Assembly (NCBI GenBank): GCA_023920165.1
Contig: CP089276.1
Coordinates: 3,968,001 to 4,032,000 of the forward strand
DNA length: 64,000 nt
From: Curvularia clavata
Taxonomy: Eukaryota
Reading direction: 5' to 3'
In this document: positions 1-11,588 of the stretch, in pieces
How positions within the stretch are numbered: position 1 is the stretch's first letter
Layout: every line of letters starts with the position of its first letter
Made by a program: the position numbers and the translations under genes
The notes under the pieces: generated by a model
What the model was told of the DNA's origin: nothing
What the model saw: only the letters and a program-made list of their open reading frames with translations
The model's database searches: none

Positions 1-551
1 CCTGATTCAAGGGTTGTAATGGAAAGGAGAGACAGGAACTCGGTGTCTAGCGATGTAAATGCTGGATCTTGTGCATAGCACGAGACTTCCATGTCCTTGT
101 TTTCCTGCTTGACTGTGCCTGGATATCAGTATCGAGTGTGCAACGAGAGGGGGACAAGAGACTTACGTCGTCCAACCACGTCGACAAAAAGTACAAGTTG
201 CCACAGACTTCTCCATCGATGCGCCCAGTCTCTGCTGAAGCTGCCGATACCTATACAGACTGCTTCTCTGACATCCCACTCTTTCTGTTCTCCGATAATC
301 TCAATAACTTGGGTCGCGAGTGCCGTATCTTCCCAGCGCTCCTGTAGCAATTTGAATTCCGCTGTCAATTTCTCTACTGTCAGGTCTTTTACAATCTGGG
401 GTAGAAGAGAACCCGCGTCTTGTTTGGAGTCTTTCTCGTCAAGTAAGACTTTAGATAGGCCATGCGTGATTACTGTCCAGCCATCTTCGCTCTGAATCTG
501 CTTGCGTTTTGCACGGCCTCCACCACGACCGCTTTTATTCTTTGCGCTCAT
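1..551 (-). CDS. SRR1/BER1-like domain protein, 3' end runs off the window; intron 166..119
   Basis: ORF 551..126 gives VCIGIGSF...SLWQL. GTAAGT donor at 166 and CTGAT...CAG acceptor at 119. The spliced frame continues CYAQDPAFTSLDTEFL, a typical SRR1 motif. Confidence 0.8.
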
Positions 552-1856
552 CTCCTTACTCTTGACTTCACGCGCTTCAGATTCTCGTACCTACCAAAAC
601 TCCCGTAAGCACGCCATAAGTTTGGGCAGAGAAGCATGTCGTGTGTGCCACTGACTCTTTTTTTCTTTGTTCCTTCCCGTGTTGTCTTCCTTCACTCTCG
701 TTAGGAACGAGGAAAAGGTGCAGCACACACGAAAACGGCTAATCACTTTCTAATGCACAGACAAGTTTACGTCCAAGTCATGCAGCCTGCAAGTGGGGAT
801 TCGTGGCAACGCGTAGACAGCAAATAAGGTATGCAAAATTACCGAAGAAGGTAACAGAAAAAATAGGGAAGGGTGGGGCAAACCCGCGCGGGAATGCGCC
901 GCTCACCAAGTGCGGCATGTGCGCATCAATCCCCGTATTCAGGGCGCGTAAAAAGGCGTTCTTAGAGGACGACAGGCGATCTGGACATTTGCAATTGGAG
1001 AAGGACGGGATGGTCTCACTTGCAAGAGGACGCTTTAGAACGGGGCTTTCGGATCGAGGATATTCTATGCATCTGATTATGGGGAGATGTTGCTTCGCGG
1101 GACTTGAGAACCCGAATCGCAGATTATTAGAGTCTCCTCTTGGTAGTATAGGTGAGAAGATAAATAGGCAGATGTGCTAGTGAGGTTGAGACAGAGGTGC
1201 AGATAGTAAAGGAAGCATCTAGGACTTCTATCAAGCACCTCTGTCGTTATTGTCATCCAGACCCTTCTACAGCGCCTCTCGCTCCTACAGAAAATCATAC
1301 GCCGCAATATCCCAGCATCGCCACAACTACAATGTTCCTCAGAAACATCCCAAAACACCAACGGCAAACCGCGCCTCCCCCGTGCATCTGACCTCTGCCT
1401 CCCACCGCAAGCCACCCGCTGCCATCCGATAAGCCCACCCGTTATCAGGCCTCCCGCCGACGTCTTTCATTTTCAGAGACTAGAAAACGACGATCTCTTT
1501 CCACGGTCTGGAGCGCAAAAGTAAGCTGGCGGCTTATGTTCTGCGCTGATGATGCAGTGTGAGTAAGCATCATCATTTCTCAGCATCATCATGACCTAGC
1601 GACCACTCGAAGATGAGACGATTGCGTGAGAATTGGGATCAGCATTCATAAAATCAAGCTACGTAGAATGTAGCAATGTGTACGTTAAGAGAGAAAAAGG
1701 CCGTTCTAGCTGCTGTACAGCGCTCAAAGCCTCAGTCGACCTAACCAATAAGCCCACTGCGTACATTCCAACTGGTCTGCCGCTTCAATAAAAGATTGGA
1801 TATCTTGTGCGCCCAACGCCATGCCCGTGACAAAACAGAAGCAACAAAGCAACCTC

Positions 1857-2711
1857 TCAAACAACCCATGTCAGCCAAGATGCTGCGGCAAACATTGCCG
1901 GTACGAGTATCGACGCGTAGCCGTTGATGACGATGGTGTGTGGCGCTGGCGATGATGTTGTTGCGTACAAGACCTGGAAGCCAATGTGCTGATCTGGGGC
2001 GGTTGTGTTTTTGCAGTTTGTTTCGTTGACCTCGGGGACATCTTCTGGCTCTGCAAAGGTAATATCGGCGCACTGATGGGCTGGTTAAAAACATTCACAA
2101 AGATTTGAACATGTCGAAACTCACATTGTAAAGAGCAGCACCGTGCTGCGCAAGCTCAATAACCTGGATAGTAGCATTGTCTCCAACCTTTGGCGTGTAG
2201 TTGGCAGGTAGCGGCACTTGGGGCAGGCAGAACTGGCCTTCGTATTGCGAGTTCGAGGGTCCGGTGATCTGGAAGACCGGCAGCATCGTGTGCGAGTAGT
2301 TCAGAGGCTCATTTCCGTAGCCCATGTTGATGTAAATTTGAGCAAGCGAGTGGCCAGGGAACCATCCCGGCTGGACAGAAACTGCACCGCCCTTGATCGG
2401 CCACTTTGTTCGGTTGCGCGAGGTTGGCATTCCTCCACCTGTTTGCGTGTTAGATGTGGTTGGTGCGCACAAGAACATGTCGATAACATACATGGGTACA
2501 TCCACTGCATGCCATATGGAAAACCATACGAGTCGGTATCCTTGTGGTAGTTGATTCCAAGCGATCCATCTGGGATGGTGGGATCCGTGTCAGACAGGGT
2601 GCCGTTGGTATGGATGTTGTTTCCTCTCCATGGGGGGTAGATCAAGACTGTATGCGCAGCGGCGAGCGACCAGGTAGCGGCGACAAGAACGAGCTCGGTA
2701 AAACGAAACAT
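1857..2711 (-). CDS. Secreted, probably GPI-anchored BIM1/X325-like (LPMO-like) copper-binding protein; exons 2711-2492, 2438-2125, 2072-1857
   Basis: Signal peptide MFRFTELVLVAATWSLAAA followed by N-terminal His (HTVLIYPPWRGNN). Further motifs YPCGG, FCLPQVPLP, GDNATIQV and LYNCADITF; hydrophobic C-terminal tail. Introns GTATGT..CAG (2491-2439) and GTGAGT..CAG (2124-2073). Confidence 0.85.
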
Positions 2712-4166
2712 GATGGCGGCGTGCTGAAGAAGACGGAAGCTGTTGCGGTGCAGAGATCCTTCTGTTATCAAGACAGTGGCTCGTCGGGCGGTTGGGGGCG
2801 CAGTCCGAAGGTAGTCGACACGAACAGGCAGCGTGCGGTGGCGGGGGCCGTCAACACTTATGGGATATAGGCCTTGGCCGCGACCGTCTTGTGTGACCTA
2901 CTATCGTACCCGAAATGGGCGACTTGAGCGAATAGGCGGTACAAAACGGGCCCGCCAGCATGGCCGACCATTGCAGGTCAGCCCTCGAAGCATTGAGTAG
3001 GCAGCGAATAACATGGAGCTAGCATATTGATTCGACAGGGGCCGGCGACCACTGAGCTTCGCGTATGCACGTCTCGTCGGGCGGGAGGGAACGCCTCTAG
3101 AGCCAGGGGGCCGTGATGGCTAAGGCTATGGCGATTCTGATTTGCCAGAGCTATGTGATGGCTTTGCAGACCCTCGGCAGGTCCGCCTAAAGACCTCTAA
3201 GCGCCCAACTGCTCCACCTGCTCATTGCACAAATGTCGACGAAGAACCTTTGCACCGGGAAAAAATGCGTCGCCTCCTGCGCGATTCGGCCGGCTACTGT
3301 GTGATCACGGCGTGATTCATGTCTTCGAACCGCCGGAGTCTGTGAGGGAAGACATCAAAGCGACGCGCACTACTGTTACCACATCAGCCGCAAGCACATG
3401 CCGAGTACAGTCAGCGTCGTGGTGGCTGCATCTGTGCCGCAATATATAGTAGCTTTCCAGTTCCAGTCTCAATGCAAATGCATGTTTCTATCAGCATGCC
3501 ACTGCATCCAGGCTGCATGGCGACTGGCTAGTAAGCACCATGTTTCGGTGATTCTGATTGGGAGAATGTTTCTTCGCCCCTCGCCCCCGGTCGCCCAGAT
3601 GTGGCCGCTCCACCGGGACGAGTAAAGCCTCTCAAGCAGTGCCCGCATGTGGCTGTGGGAGAAATGCATTCGTTATGGGCCCACAATGTGCCTGGCAGGC
3701 GAGCATGCTTATGTCGTGTAGCTGTTCTGTGTGCTGTTAGCATTTGTCGGGACGGTCCAAAGGTACCAATGCGGCCTTATAGCATGTTCACCCCTGTAGA
3801 ATGTGAGAAACCAAGTCTGCGCACTGGGCTTGCGGCGGATAAGCATATCGATAGCCAAGCGCCATCGTACTGCAGATCGTATTTGACAGAGGCTTGGGAG
3901 CGGGTTGCAGAGCTGGGGTAGGTGTTGTGATGTGCATCTTGATGTAGAGGTCCAAGCAAAGGCTCAAGTTGGCGTTTACCGCCGAAGGCACGACAGTGTG
4001 ACAGTTACTATGTAATTCCAACGCAACACGTGACTTTTTATCCATCACCCCAATGCAATATTCAAGGAAAAGCATGGGGTGCCATATTACAAGCCTCTCC
4101 TAAGCAATACATTTTCGGCAAGTTAGACACAACGCTACTCTATCTGCTCCATGTCCTCTGTTTCAT

Positions 4167-6701
4167 CTAGCTCCCAGCCTCTACTGGCACATTCACGCCC
4201 AGCCTCCTCAACCTGTCCGTAGCAGCCTCCACCAGCATATTGTTTCGTTGTATCAGCTCCTGCACCTGCTCATGCTCGGCCTTTCTGGAGTAGCTTGGTA
4301 TCTTGACACCATTGCTTCTTGCTAGCTCAGTCTCGCCTGCCTGTTTGGCTGACTTGGCCGACTTTTCAATCTGTTTGGCTTGTTCTTGGTACACTTCCTT
4401 GACCTTATTGAGACGCTGCCAGGCAAACTGCTCGCTGCCGTCAACATCCCCAGTCAGAGTCTTGCTTGAAGGATCGACAGCGCTCTCCATAACCTGCAGT
4501 TCCTCGATCCAGCTACTTTCTTTCTCACTCAACTGGCTGGAACCAATGTTGACCATCTTTCGTCGGAGTGCTTCATATCGCACATTGATCTGCTCTTGTC
4601 GCGCTTTGACCCTCTCCATGCGGTCATCAATCTTGAGAGTACCGTAGCTAGATCCGTCATCTGAACTGGCTTGACCGTTATATGTGACATCTTCAATATT
4701 CGCTGCAATCTCCGAAGTCCTATAAATCTGGTCCCTGAATTCTTCTTGTAGACGAGTAGCGCGGTTGAACAAGTCCGAGACGGCGTGCTGCAGCTTAGAC
4801 GTCTGGGCTGAAAGCGCTCGGTGCACATCCATAAGTAGGGAAAGATTGGCAGGAGACAGCCTGATCTCGTCTTTAAGAGTACCTCTGTGTCGCGCGGGGA
4901 TGTTGATAGATTTGAAGAGGTCGAACGGCTCATAAAGCTCCTTTGGTGGTTGCCAGGCTTCACGAACTTCCTTGAGCGGACCAGCAACTGCCATGTACTC
5001 AGCAAGCTCTTCCTGAGTCGGCAGTCCATCCTCCGGTGCGTCGAGGAGAACCGCTTGGGGTTCGCCATTGAAAGTAGTTAGAAGGAGATAACCGACGTTT
5101 CCGTCTTCGATAACAGCTGCCGTCGTGACTTCTTGTTCGGCCACATTGCCAGTAGTGCGTCGCTGAAGGCACTGATCCACAGAGGTGTTTGCTGACTCCA
5201 GTACGCGCTTAAGACGGAAAGACGAACCCTGCGTCTGGGATTGAGACAGCTCGACTTCCAGTTTGCGGATCCAAGGCTCCATCGAGATGTAGAAGACACC
5301 GCTGGCATGCGACACAAAGAATGAAAAGTCGGTATGCACATCAGGTGTGATGCTCTGGTTGAAAGAAGATACGTTGTCCTTCACTAGAGCGATCGTTTCC
5401 ACGACAAGCAGCTCGTGCTCGGGTGTTTCTGCGACATCAACCTCGTCTTCTGGTGATGGTAGCCACCGTCCCACGACGCCCTCGAGATCCAGGCAAACGT
5501 GAACCTTGCTCGTGTCTGTGAGCAAGCACACCACAGCTGTTGGCAAACCTTCAGCTGCTGTTTCGTCGTCCTCGGCTTCAGACAGAGACTTAAGCGAGAA
5601 AACGATCATATCACTAAGTTCGAAATCGTCCACCTCGGGTGTCATAGTAAACGGCCCCTGGAGCAGTGGTATTGCAGGTGCGCTGGTTGGGCGGGCAAAC
5701 ACTTTGACGGTATCTCCTTTTTGCCGTTCTTCGACAAAAGGCTCCTCGTATAGAATGTCTGACAGCCACGAAACCTGCTTTTCTGCAGTCTTGAGCTCAT
5801 CCTTGGGCACTGTCTCATCTTCGGAGGTCTCTGTGTAATTGATGTTGATAGACGAGGTGAGGGTTTCCAAGAAAGTATAGCTGCCAGGTGACTCGACCAG
5901 TTGCCACTTGCTCGGTAGCAGCGGGCAGAGCGCATACACATCACCAGGTACAGTGGCAATCCAGAGCGTCATTGGCGCCCATCCATGAACACCCTCTTGT
6001 TCTGGAAAGTCACCGAAACATGCGGATGCAACTTCCAGCTCGACAGAGTCGGGCGAGAAGCCTTTGGAAGCCCCAAACTTGGATGCACTTAGATCATCCT
6101 GGTCGCTTGTCGCATTCGCTAGCTTGGGCAGATCGATAGATAGGGCAGGTTCACTGAACGTAGACCTATCAGCGCGGTTGATTTCCCAAAGCCGCACCAC
6201 GCCCGCCTTTGTAATTGTGACCAGACAGCGCCCATGATAGCCCAAGGGATGCCAAAGCACAGTCGCGACGGGCGATTCCTCGAGTACGTGTACGGTCGGT
6301 CCTAGCTGGAACGTCTTTGGCTTCAAAGGTCCCTCGTCAACGTCTTCGAGTAGCGATGAGTCGGGGAGATGGACCACATGTATGGTGTGCGACGTCGAAA
6401 CTGCGAGGTAGTCTTCGTCGGGAGAGATGGTAAGACGCGTAATGGGGAGCGGAATCGAGACTCTGAGGGTTCGGTATGCTGGTTGCGCCTCTTCCTTCAA
6501 GTTGACCAAATCCGCCCAACGGATTTCATTTCCAACCGCAACAAATATCTCCGAGCCTCTCGTCGCAATGGTCCTTCGCGACCCTGGTTCTGGTCTTCTT
6601 GCTACGACTCCATTGCCGTCCTGGTGTTTTGACGCAAACAGATGATAGCCTGGATTGGGGCGGCTGAGCCAGTCTGGGGTATAGCCAAGAATCTTTGGCA
6701 T
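4167..6701 (-). CDS. NUP82: Nucleoporin Nup82/Nup88 family
   Basis: Long intronless ORF; first ATG gives MPKILGYTPDWL. N-terminal beta-propeller-like region (LWHPLG, GDVYALCPLLP) and C-terminal coiled coil. Confidence 0.85.
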   Translation of the reverse strand: MPKILGYTPDWLSRPNPGYHLFASKHQDGNGVVARRPEPGSRRTIATRGSEIFVAVGNEIRWADLVNLKEEAQPAYRTLRVSIPLPITRLTISPDEDYLAVSTSHTIHVVHLPDSSLLEDVDEGPLKPKTFQLGPTVHVLEESPVATVLWHPLGYHGRCLVTITKAGVVRLWEINRADRSTFSEPALSIDLPKLANATSDQDDLSASKFGASKGFSPDSVELEVASACFGDFPEQEGVHGWAPMTLWIATVPGDVYALCPLLPSKWQLVESPGSYTFLETLTSSININYTETSEDETVPKDELKTAEKQVSWLSDILYEEPFVEERQKGDTVKVFARPTSAPAIPLLQGPFTMTPEVDDFELSDMIVFSLKSLSEAEDDETAAEGLPTAVVCLLTDTSKVHVCLDLEGVVGRWLPSPEDEVDVAETPEHELLVVETIALVKDNVSSFNQSITPDVHTDFSFFVSHASGVFYISMEPWIRKLEVELSQSQTQGSSFRLKRVLESANTSVDQCLQRRTTGNVAEQEVTTAAVIEDGNVGYLLLTTFNGEPQAVLLDAPEDGLPTQEELAEYMAVAGPLKEVREAWQPPKELYEPFDLFKSINIPARHRGTLKDEIRLSPANLSLLMDVHRALSAQTSKLQHAVSDLFNRATRLQEEFRDQIYRTSEIAANIEDVTYNGQASSDDGSSYGTLKIDDRMERVKARQEQINVRYEALRRKMVNIGSSQLSEKESSWIEELQVMESAVDPSSKTLTGDVDGSEQFAWQRLNKVKEVYQEQAKQIEKSAKSAKQAGETELARSNGVKIPSYSRKAEHEQVQELIQRNNMLVEAATDRLRRLGVNVPVEAGS

Positions 6702-6978
6702 GGTGAATAGTCTCCCGGTTAAAGCCGAGAACTTTAGATATTCACCGGTGATAGTTGTGTGGATTCGTTTGTTGAGAGGTGGGAGAGTCCATGAGCCAAC
6801 AAAAGTTCCAGCTCTGAACGAGCGCGCCAAGGCCGACGCGTCTGGGGCAGCTCCGAGCTAGCCTTCCACATTCCATCTCTACAACAACCCCAACTCCAAA
6901 CTCTTGCAAAGCGCTAAAAGCGGTCGACCACGGTCGCATCTAGTAAACGTATCCCCTCGTGTAGCTGGAAACGCCATC

Positions 6979-7541
6979 ATGCCCCCGCTGAAAAGCACAA
7001 TCGATCGTCTCGACAAACCAAGCTCGTATGCGACAGCCAAGGTAGATACAAATGTTGCGATCAGCGCATTCGACACTTGCTCACTTACATTTTCTAGAAG
7101 CGCAGACGCGACCGCAACACACGCGACGAGGAGCGCGCCCGCTCACCTTCACCTGACGAGAAACTCAAAGATGCAACCACCCTGTATGTAGGTAATCTGT
7201 CTTTCTACACGACCGAAGAACAGATCCATGAGCTCTTCTCAAAGTGCGGCGAGATCAAACGGCTGGTCATGGGTCTCGATCGCTTTCAAAAGACACCATG
7301 CGGGTTCTGCTTCGTTGAGTACTACACACATCAAGATGCGCTGGACTGCATGAAGTACATTGGCGGTACGAAATTGGATGAGCGCGTCATCAGGACAGAC
7401 TTAGACGAAGGCTTTACCGAGGGACGGCAGTATGGCCGTGGAAAGAGCGGTGGACAAGTGCGTGACGAGTACAGGGCTGAATATGATCCCGGACGAGGTG
7501 GCTACGGACGTGCGGTAGATGAATACCATGATGCGCAGTAG
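6979..7541 (+). CDS. CBC2: Nuclear cap-binding complex 20 kDa subunit; intron 7042-7097
   Basis: Spliced protein contains [40 protein letters not shown] and [18 protein letters not shown], hallmark CBP20 RRM sequence. Confidence 0.95.
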
Positions 7542-7987
7542 GGTGCTGTCATTGGTCCCACTACTTGGCGATAACAGTGTGCACTATCGGGGAAAAGGCG
7601 ATTCTACGACTCGGACTCGGCGTACGGTGTTTTCAATGGCGACTACAGAAACGGCGAGAAGGAGGTCTCGGCTCAAGGTCGACAATGTCACGATTCGAGA
7701 GATGACGGCCATTCTAAACAGGTCGAGAAGGTAAATGACCAGCAAGATAACCGAGTTCAGCAAAAATGCTCACACATCTTGATAGAGGTCGACACAGCAC
7801 TGGGGGAGCCGTACATCGGTTATTTGACACAAGCGATTAGTCCTGTAAAAGGCATCTGATTTACTTCTTATTTTTCGCATGCGCGTATGTCTAGGAGTAC
7901 AAATCTAGCCATATCCGCCGCTGGGGTGGATTCTAGTAAAACGGTCTATAATACAACTCTTGAGTGCGGTTTGACTAGATATACAGC

Positions 7988-8845
7988 TCACTTTGTCCGA
8001 TCTGCCAGTTCGAATTGCTGTCTTCTTTCTACCGCTTTTAGGACTTCGCCCAACCACCAGACATGTATGCGCGGGTCATCTGTCAGCTCTGGATGAAAAC
8101 TGCACCCAAATACGTTGCCCTGTCGCACCGCTATGATATCCTCTGCGCCGGCATGATTGTGTTCCTGGTTGTCTTGCAGCGGTTTCGCATTGGTGGACAA
8201 GGTAGCCATGATTTCGACCTCACGGTCCAATTCCTTCCTCGCCAGCTCGTCGGCAGGTGTCTTACTCGGCGCAACAATAGTGTCTTCCCTCTCACTCTCG
8301 CCCTTTTGTATGCCAACCATTTTCTTGCTCGGCAAAATCTTCTCGACTACAGGTGCGCGGATAAAGACGCAGCGGTACGGACCGCTTTTGCCCACGTCCG
8401 TTGTGGCGTCAAGGAATGGCAGGTCGAGGTTGGCTTGAAAGCTTTCCTGCTGCCTTCCAAAATGATTTCTGTTCACTCTTACATCCAGTCCGCCGATTAA
8501 ATCCTGTCCACCCTTCTTTGTCCGGTTTGCGCTCTCCGCAAGCAATATGAGACCGGCGCATGTTCCCCACGTTGGCTTGCGCTGGACCTTGACGAAGTCG
8601 CGCAGGGGCTCAAGTAGATTGCTTCGCGCGGCCACAAGAGACATGGTCGTACTCTCGCCACCGGGTATTATGAGGCCATCGCATTGTTCGAGTTGCGCCG
8701 GGGTGCGTACTTCGATGAATTGAAAGGCCGGTGCGGAGGCGATATTCGAGGCCGCGGCGCGCAGGAGTTGAACGTGCTCACTGAAAGCGCCTTGGAGGGC
8801 GAGTACACCGACTGTGACTTTTGGATATCCGTTCGCGACTGTCAT
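7988..8845 (-). CDS. PDX2: Pyridoxal 5'-phosphate synthase glutaminase subunit (SNO/Pdx2)
   Basis: Motifs GVLALQGAF, PGGESTT, GTCAGLILL, RNHFGRQ, FIRAP and FHPELT (Cys-His-Glu triad). Confidence 0.95.
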   Translation of the reverse strand: MTVANGYPKVTVGVLALQGAFSEHVQLLRAAASNIASAPAFQFIEVRTPAQLEQCDGLIIPGGESTTMSLVAARSNLLEPLRDFVKVQRKPTWGTCAGLILLAESANRTKKGGQDLIGGLDVRVNRNHFGRQQESFQANLDLPFLDATTDVGKSGPYRCVFIRAPVVEKILPSKKMVGIQKGESEREDTIVAPSKTPADELARKELDREVEIMATLSTNAKPLQDNQEHNHAGAEDIIAVRQGNVFGCSFHPELTDDPRIHVWWLGEVLKAVERRQQFELADRTK

Positions 8846-9327
8846 TTTGAATCTCACAGACGCCAGTAACAAGGAAAAGAAAGAAAGGAAAACAGGCACG
8901 GCACGAGATCACATTGGAGTCACAGACGGAAAGCGACGGAAAAGTGACAAAACCTTTATCGATAAACCCCAAGTGTTCCCCACTAAAAGCCGCGGTCTAG
9001 ATATGTCGCACGCACATCATCAGCCCTAACCGGAACCCCGATCAAAGGCCACGATCCAGTCTCCTGCTCATGACTGACCTTCGGGAACCCCGCTGAGCCG
9101 CAAATGACAGTAATGAGAGATAAATCCCCGAATGTGACGTACAATAGTATCTCGTACCCGTCATAGTAAACTCGCCGAAGAGCTCACATAAGCCGGACTG
9201 TTGTTGGCTCCAATAACTGTTGGCGTAGTGGGGCTCTCCGCTCAGCCTTGTCCCGTCCCTCCATACTACTTTAGCAGTCGCCTGAGTGGTATCTTGTCAC
9301 CGTTAGTACTGTCGTTTTCAAGGCACG

Positions 9328-10504
9328 ATGGTCGAACAAGACGACGGCGGAACAGCGAGAAGCGCTCTCACGTGCTGGCTGCTTGACACTCGGTCGATAT
9401 GGCCGGGCAATAAGATTACAGATTCGCAAGACGTTTGTGTACCTTTCCCGAACCTCTATCCTCACAGCATTGACGCTATCCTAGGCCCGAGAAGCTCTCG
9501 CTCTAGTCAGTCCCGAGGAACGTGAGAACATTACCAAAAAGTATCACATAGCGGATGCGCGAATGAGTCTTGCTTCGGCATTACTCAAGCGTTTCTTCGT
9601 TCACAAGACACTGGGAATACCATGGAAAGACATCCGCTTCGGTCGGAAACGTGACCCCAAGCACGGAAAGCCTATCGCACTGCTGCCGGCACCACAGTAC
9701 GGCCCAGCACCCCTTGAGTTCAACATTTCGCATCAGGCAGGTCTTGTCGCCTTAGTCGGATGCAAGACAGATGAGTTGAATGCAGAGTTAGGCGTAGATA
9801 TCGTCTGTGTAAATGAAAGAAACGAGTACCGCGTTATCGACCAAGACGGATTCGACAGCTTTATAGACGTGTACGCCGAAATCTACAGCCAGGAGGAATT
9901 ATTTGATCTGAAGTACAACGTCGATCCATTTCCTCTACTCGATGGTACCATGGTGACGCCCGATATGCTCGGCCGCCATGACCGGTGTTGTGTACGGCAT
10001 CAACAGCTTAGTATCACGCTGCCAAGTGGAGAGAAGAGAACATTTGATTCGGATCTCCTGATTGATGCGAAGCTGAGGCGCTTCTACACATTCTGGTGTT
10101 ACAAGGAGGCTTACATTAAGCTCGATGGCGAGGCTCTCCTTGCGGAGTGGATCCCCCAGCTCGAGTTCAAACAAGTTCGCGCGCCTCGTGCAGGAACACC
10201 AGCGCGCTGCAGTACGCATGGAACCTGGGGCGAACGCGTGAGCGATGCGGAGGTGTGGTTTACCATGGAGGACGACGGGAAGGGGCCTGTAACTGTACAG
10301 GGTCTGAAGAAGGGTGAGAGCAAGAGGCTGGACGACACGAGGGTAGAAATCCAAGCCTTCGAGGAGAATTTCATGATTGGTATTGCGGCGAAGGAGAAGA
10401 CGGATGTTGTTGTTGACGGAAACAGGCGTAAGCTACCCGATGTACTCACTCATTTCCAGGCGTTGCATGTGGAAGACATTATGAGCGTTGCACGAAGCGC
10501 ATGA
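9328..10504 (+). CDS. PPT1: Sfp-type 4'-phosphopantetheinyl transferase (NpgA/Ppt1 type); intron 9433-9484
   Basis: Motifs WLLDTR, FNISHQAG, GVDIV and FYTFWCYKEAYIK. A GTTTGT...TTGAC...TAG intron joins ORFs 9328 and 9563 in frame. Confidence 0.9.
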
Positions 10505-10816
10505 CTTGCTGCAAAGTCTCGACAATAAGTCTCTTACTGTAAATGTCACCAATCAACTTGGTGTTCTGGGGTGAGGAGAAGTAAATGTTCTGTGACAGAC
10601 GAAGTTTTGGAGCCGGCCTAGAAAGTTCACGTCATTGGACCCTGACAGCTGTCTGTCCAGCGACGTCAAGGTTAGAATTGACGAGACTATGACGACCCCG
10701 CAGCACTTGAACGTTTAATCGATCCCAACCTCTCTTGTCTCTTGCACTCACAGGATACATCGAAACCTGAACTCAATTGCACGTGTAAAAATCCAATTTT
10801 AACATATAAGAACAAA

Positions 10817-11436
10817 ATGTCATCCTCCACCCTCAATTATCCGCTCCTCGCCATCCCAGCCTACTACGTCTTCTCGCTGCTCCCTCACGGCTACGCCGGT
10901 AGCCTCCTTTCCTCAAACGGTTACAAAATCAACAATACGAATCCCAAAGCCTCACTGTCCCCTGACGCTGTAAAGGGTAAAGTGCCAGATGCAGTGTATG
11001 TTTCCTAGTAACATTTTCCATCCCTCCTCCTTTCCCTCTTTATCCGGATCTTTACATACCAGATCCAGTTTTCATACTTGAGAAGAAGAGGCAGGGAGAT
11101 ACTAATATATGGAATAGCTTCCAAAAATATCAGCGCGCAGAAAATGCCCAGTCAAACAACATGGAGCAAATGCCTCTCTTCGCCACAGCAGTGCTCGCCA
11201 GCGTGTTAGCCGAGCGCACGACGGCAAGGGGTTACGGCAGAGAAGTACTGTCTGGGGATCATGCAACGGGCTTGACGACGTTTGTGGCGACATGGTTTGC
11301 GCTGAGGGCTGCATACACGGTGGCGTATGTGGGCATTGGGGAGCATGAGAAGAGCTTTCTGAGGAGCGTGATTTGGGCGATTGGCTCGGGATTGGCGGGT
11401 TGGCAGATTTATAAGGCTGCGGCGCTGTTGGGTTGA
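10817..11436 (+). CDS. MAPEG-superfamily membrane protein; intron 10996-11117
   Basis: Spliced frame reads NTNPKA...YQRAENAQSNNMEQMPLFATAV...LRAAYTVAY...LRSVIW, with 4 predicted TM segments. Intron GTATGT..CTAAT..TAG. Confidence 0.8.
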
Positions 11437-11588
11437 ATGTTCTAAAGAGGGAGTATTGGGGTAATTGGAGGAGCCTGAAGGAAGCTCTGATGAATTGTTT
11501 TTATCGAAGCCTATTCTGAGGCCCATCTTGATAACTCAGGCATGAGTACTGAACGTTTTTTCCCATAACTGGTGAAGCTGGAAAACGT

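Noticed and set aside
925..1055. GAAAGCCCC...ACGGGG on minus resembling the RNase MRP P4 helix
   Set aside because: Spacing is too short, and the conserved GAAAGUC/GGGCUYA and GARAR-loop features do not match.
1545..1595. TGATGA-containing inverted repeats suggesting a box C/D snoRNA
   Set aside because: Explained by (CAT/ATG)n micro-repeats; no properly spaced C and D boxes with a recognisable guide.
6702..6830. 43-codon TTG-initiated extension of NUP82 in the ORF track
   Set aside because: Lies in the short bidirectional promoter; the ATG at 6701 has good context and a typical N-terminus.
7988..11436. PPTase with PDX2 and MAPEG as a secondary-metabolite cluster
   Set aside because: No PKS/NRPS in the window; fungal Sfp-type PPTases are usually stand-alone and the neighbours are housekeeping genes.
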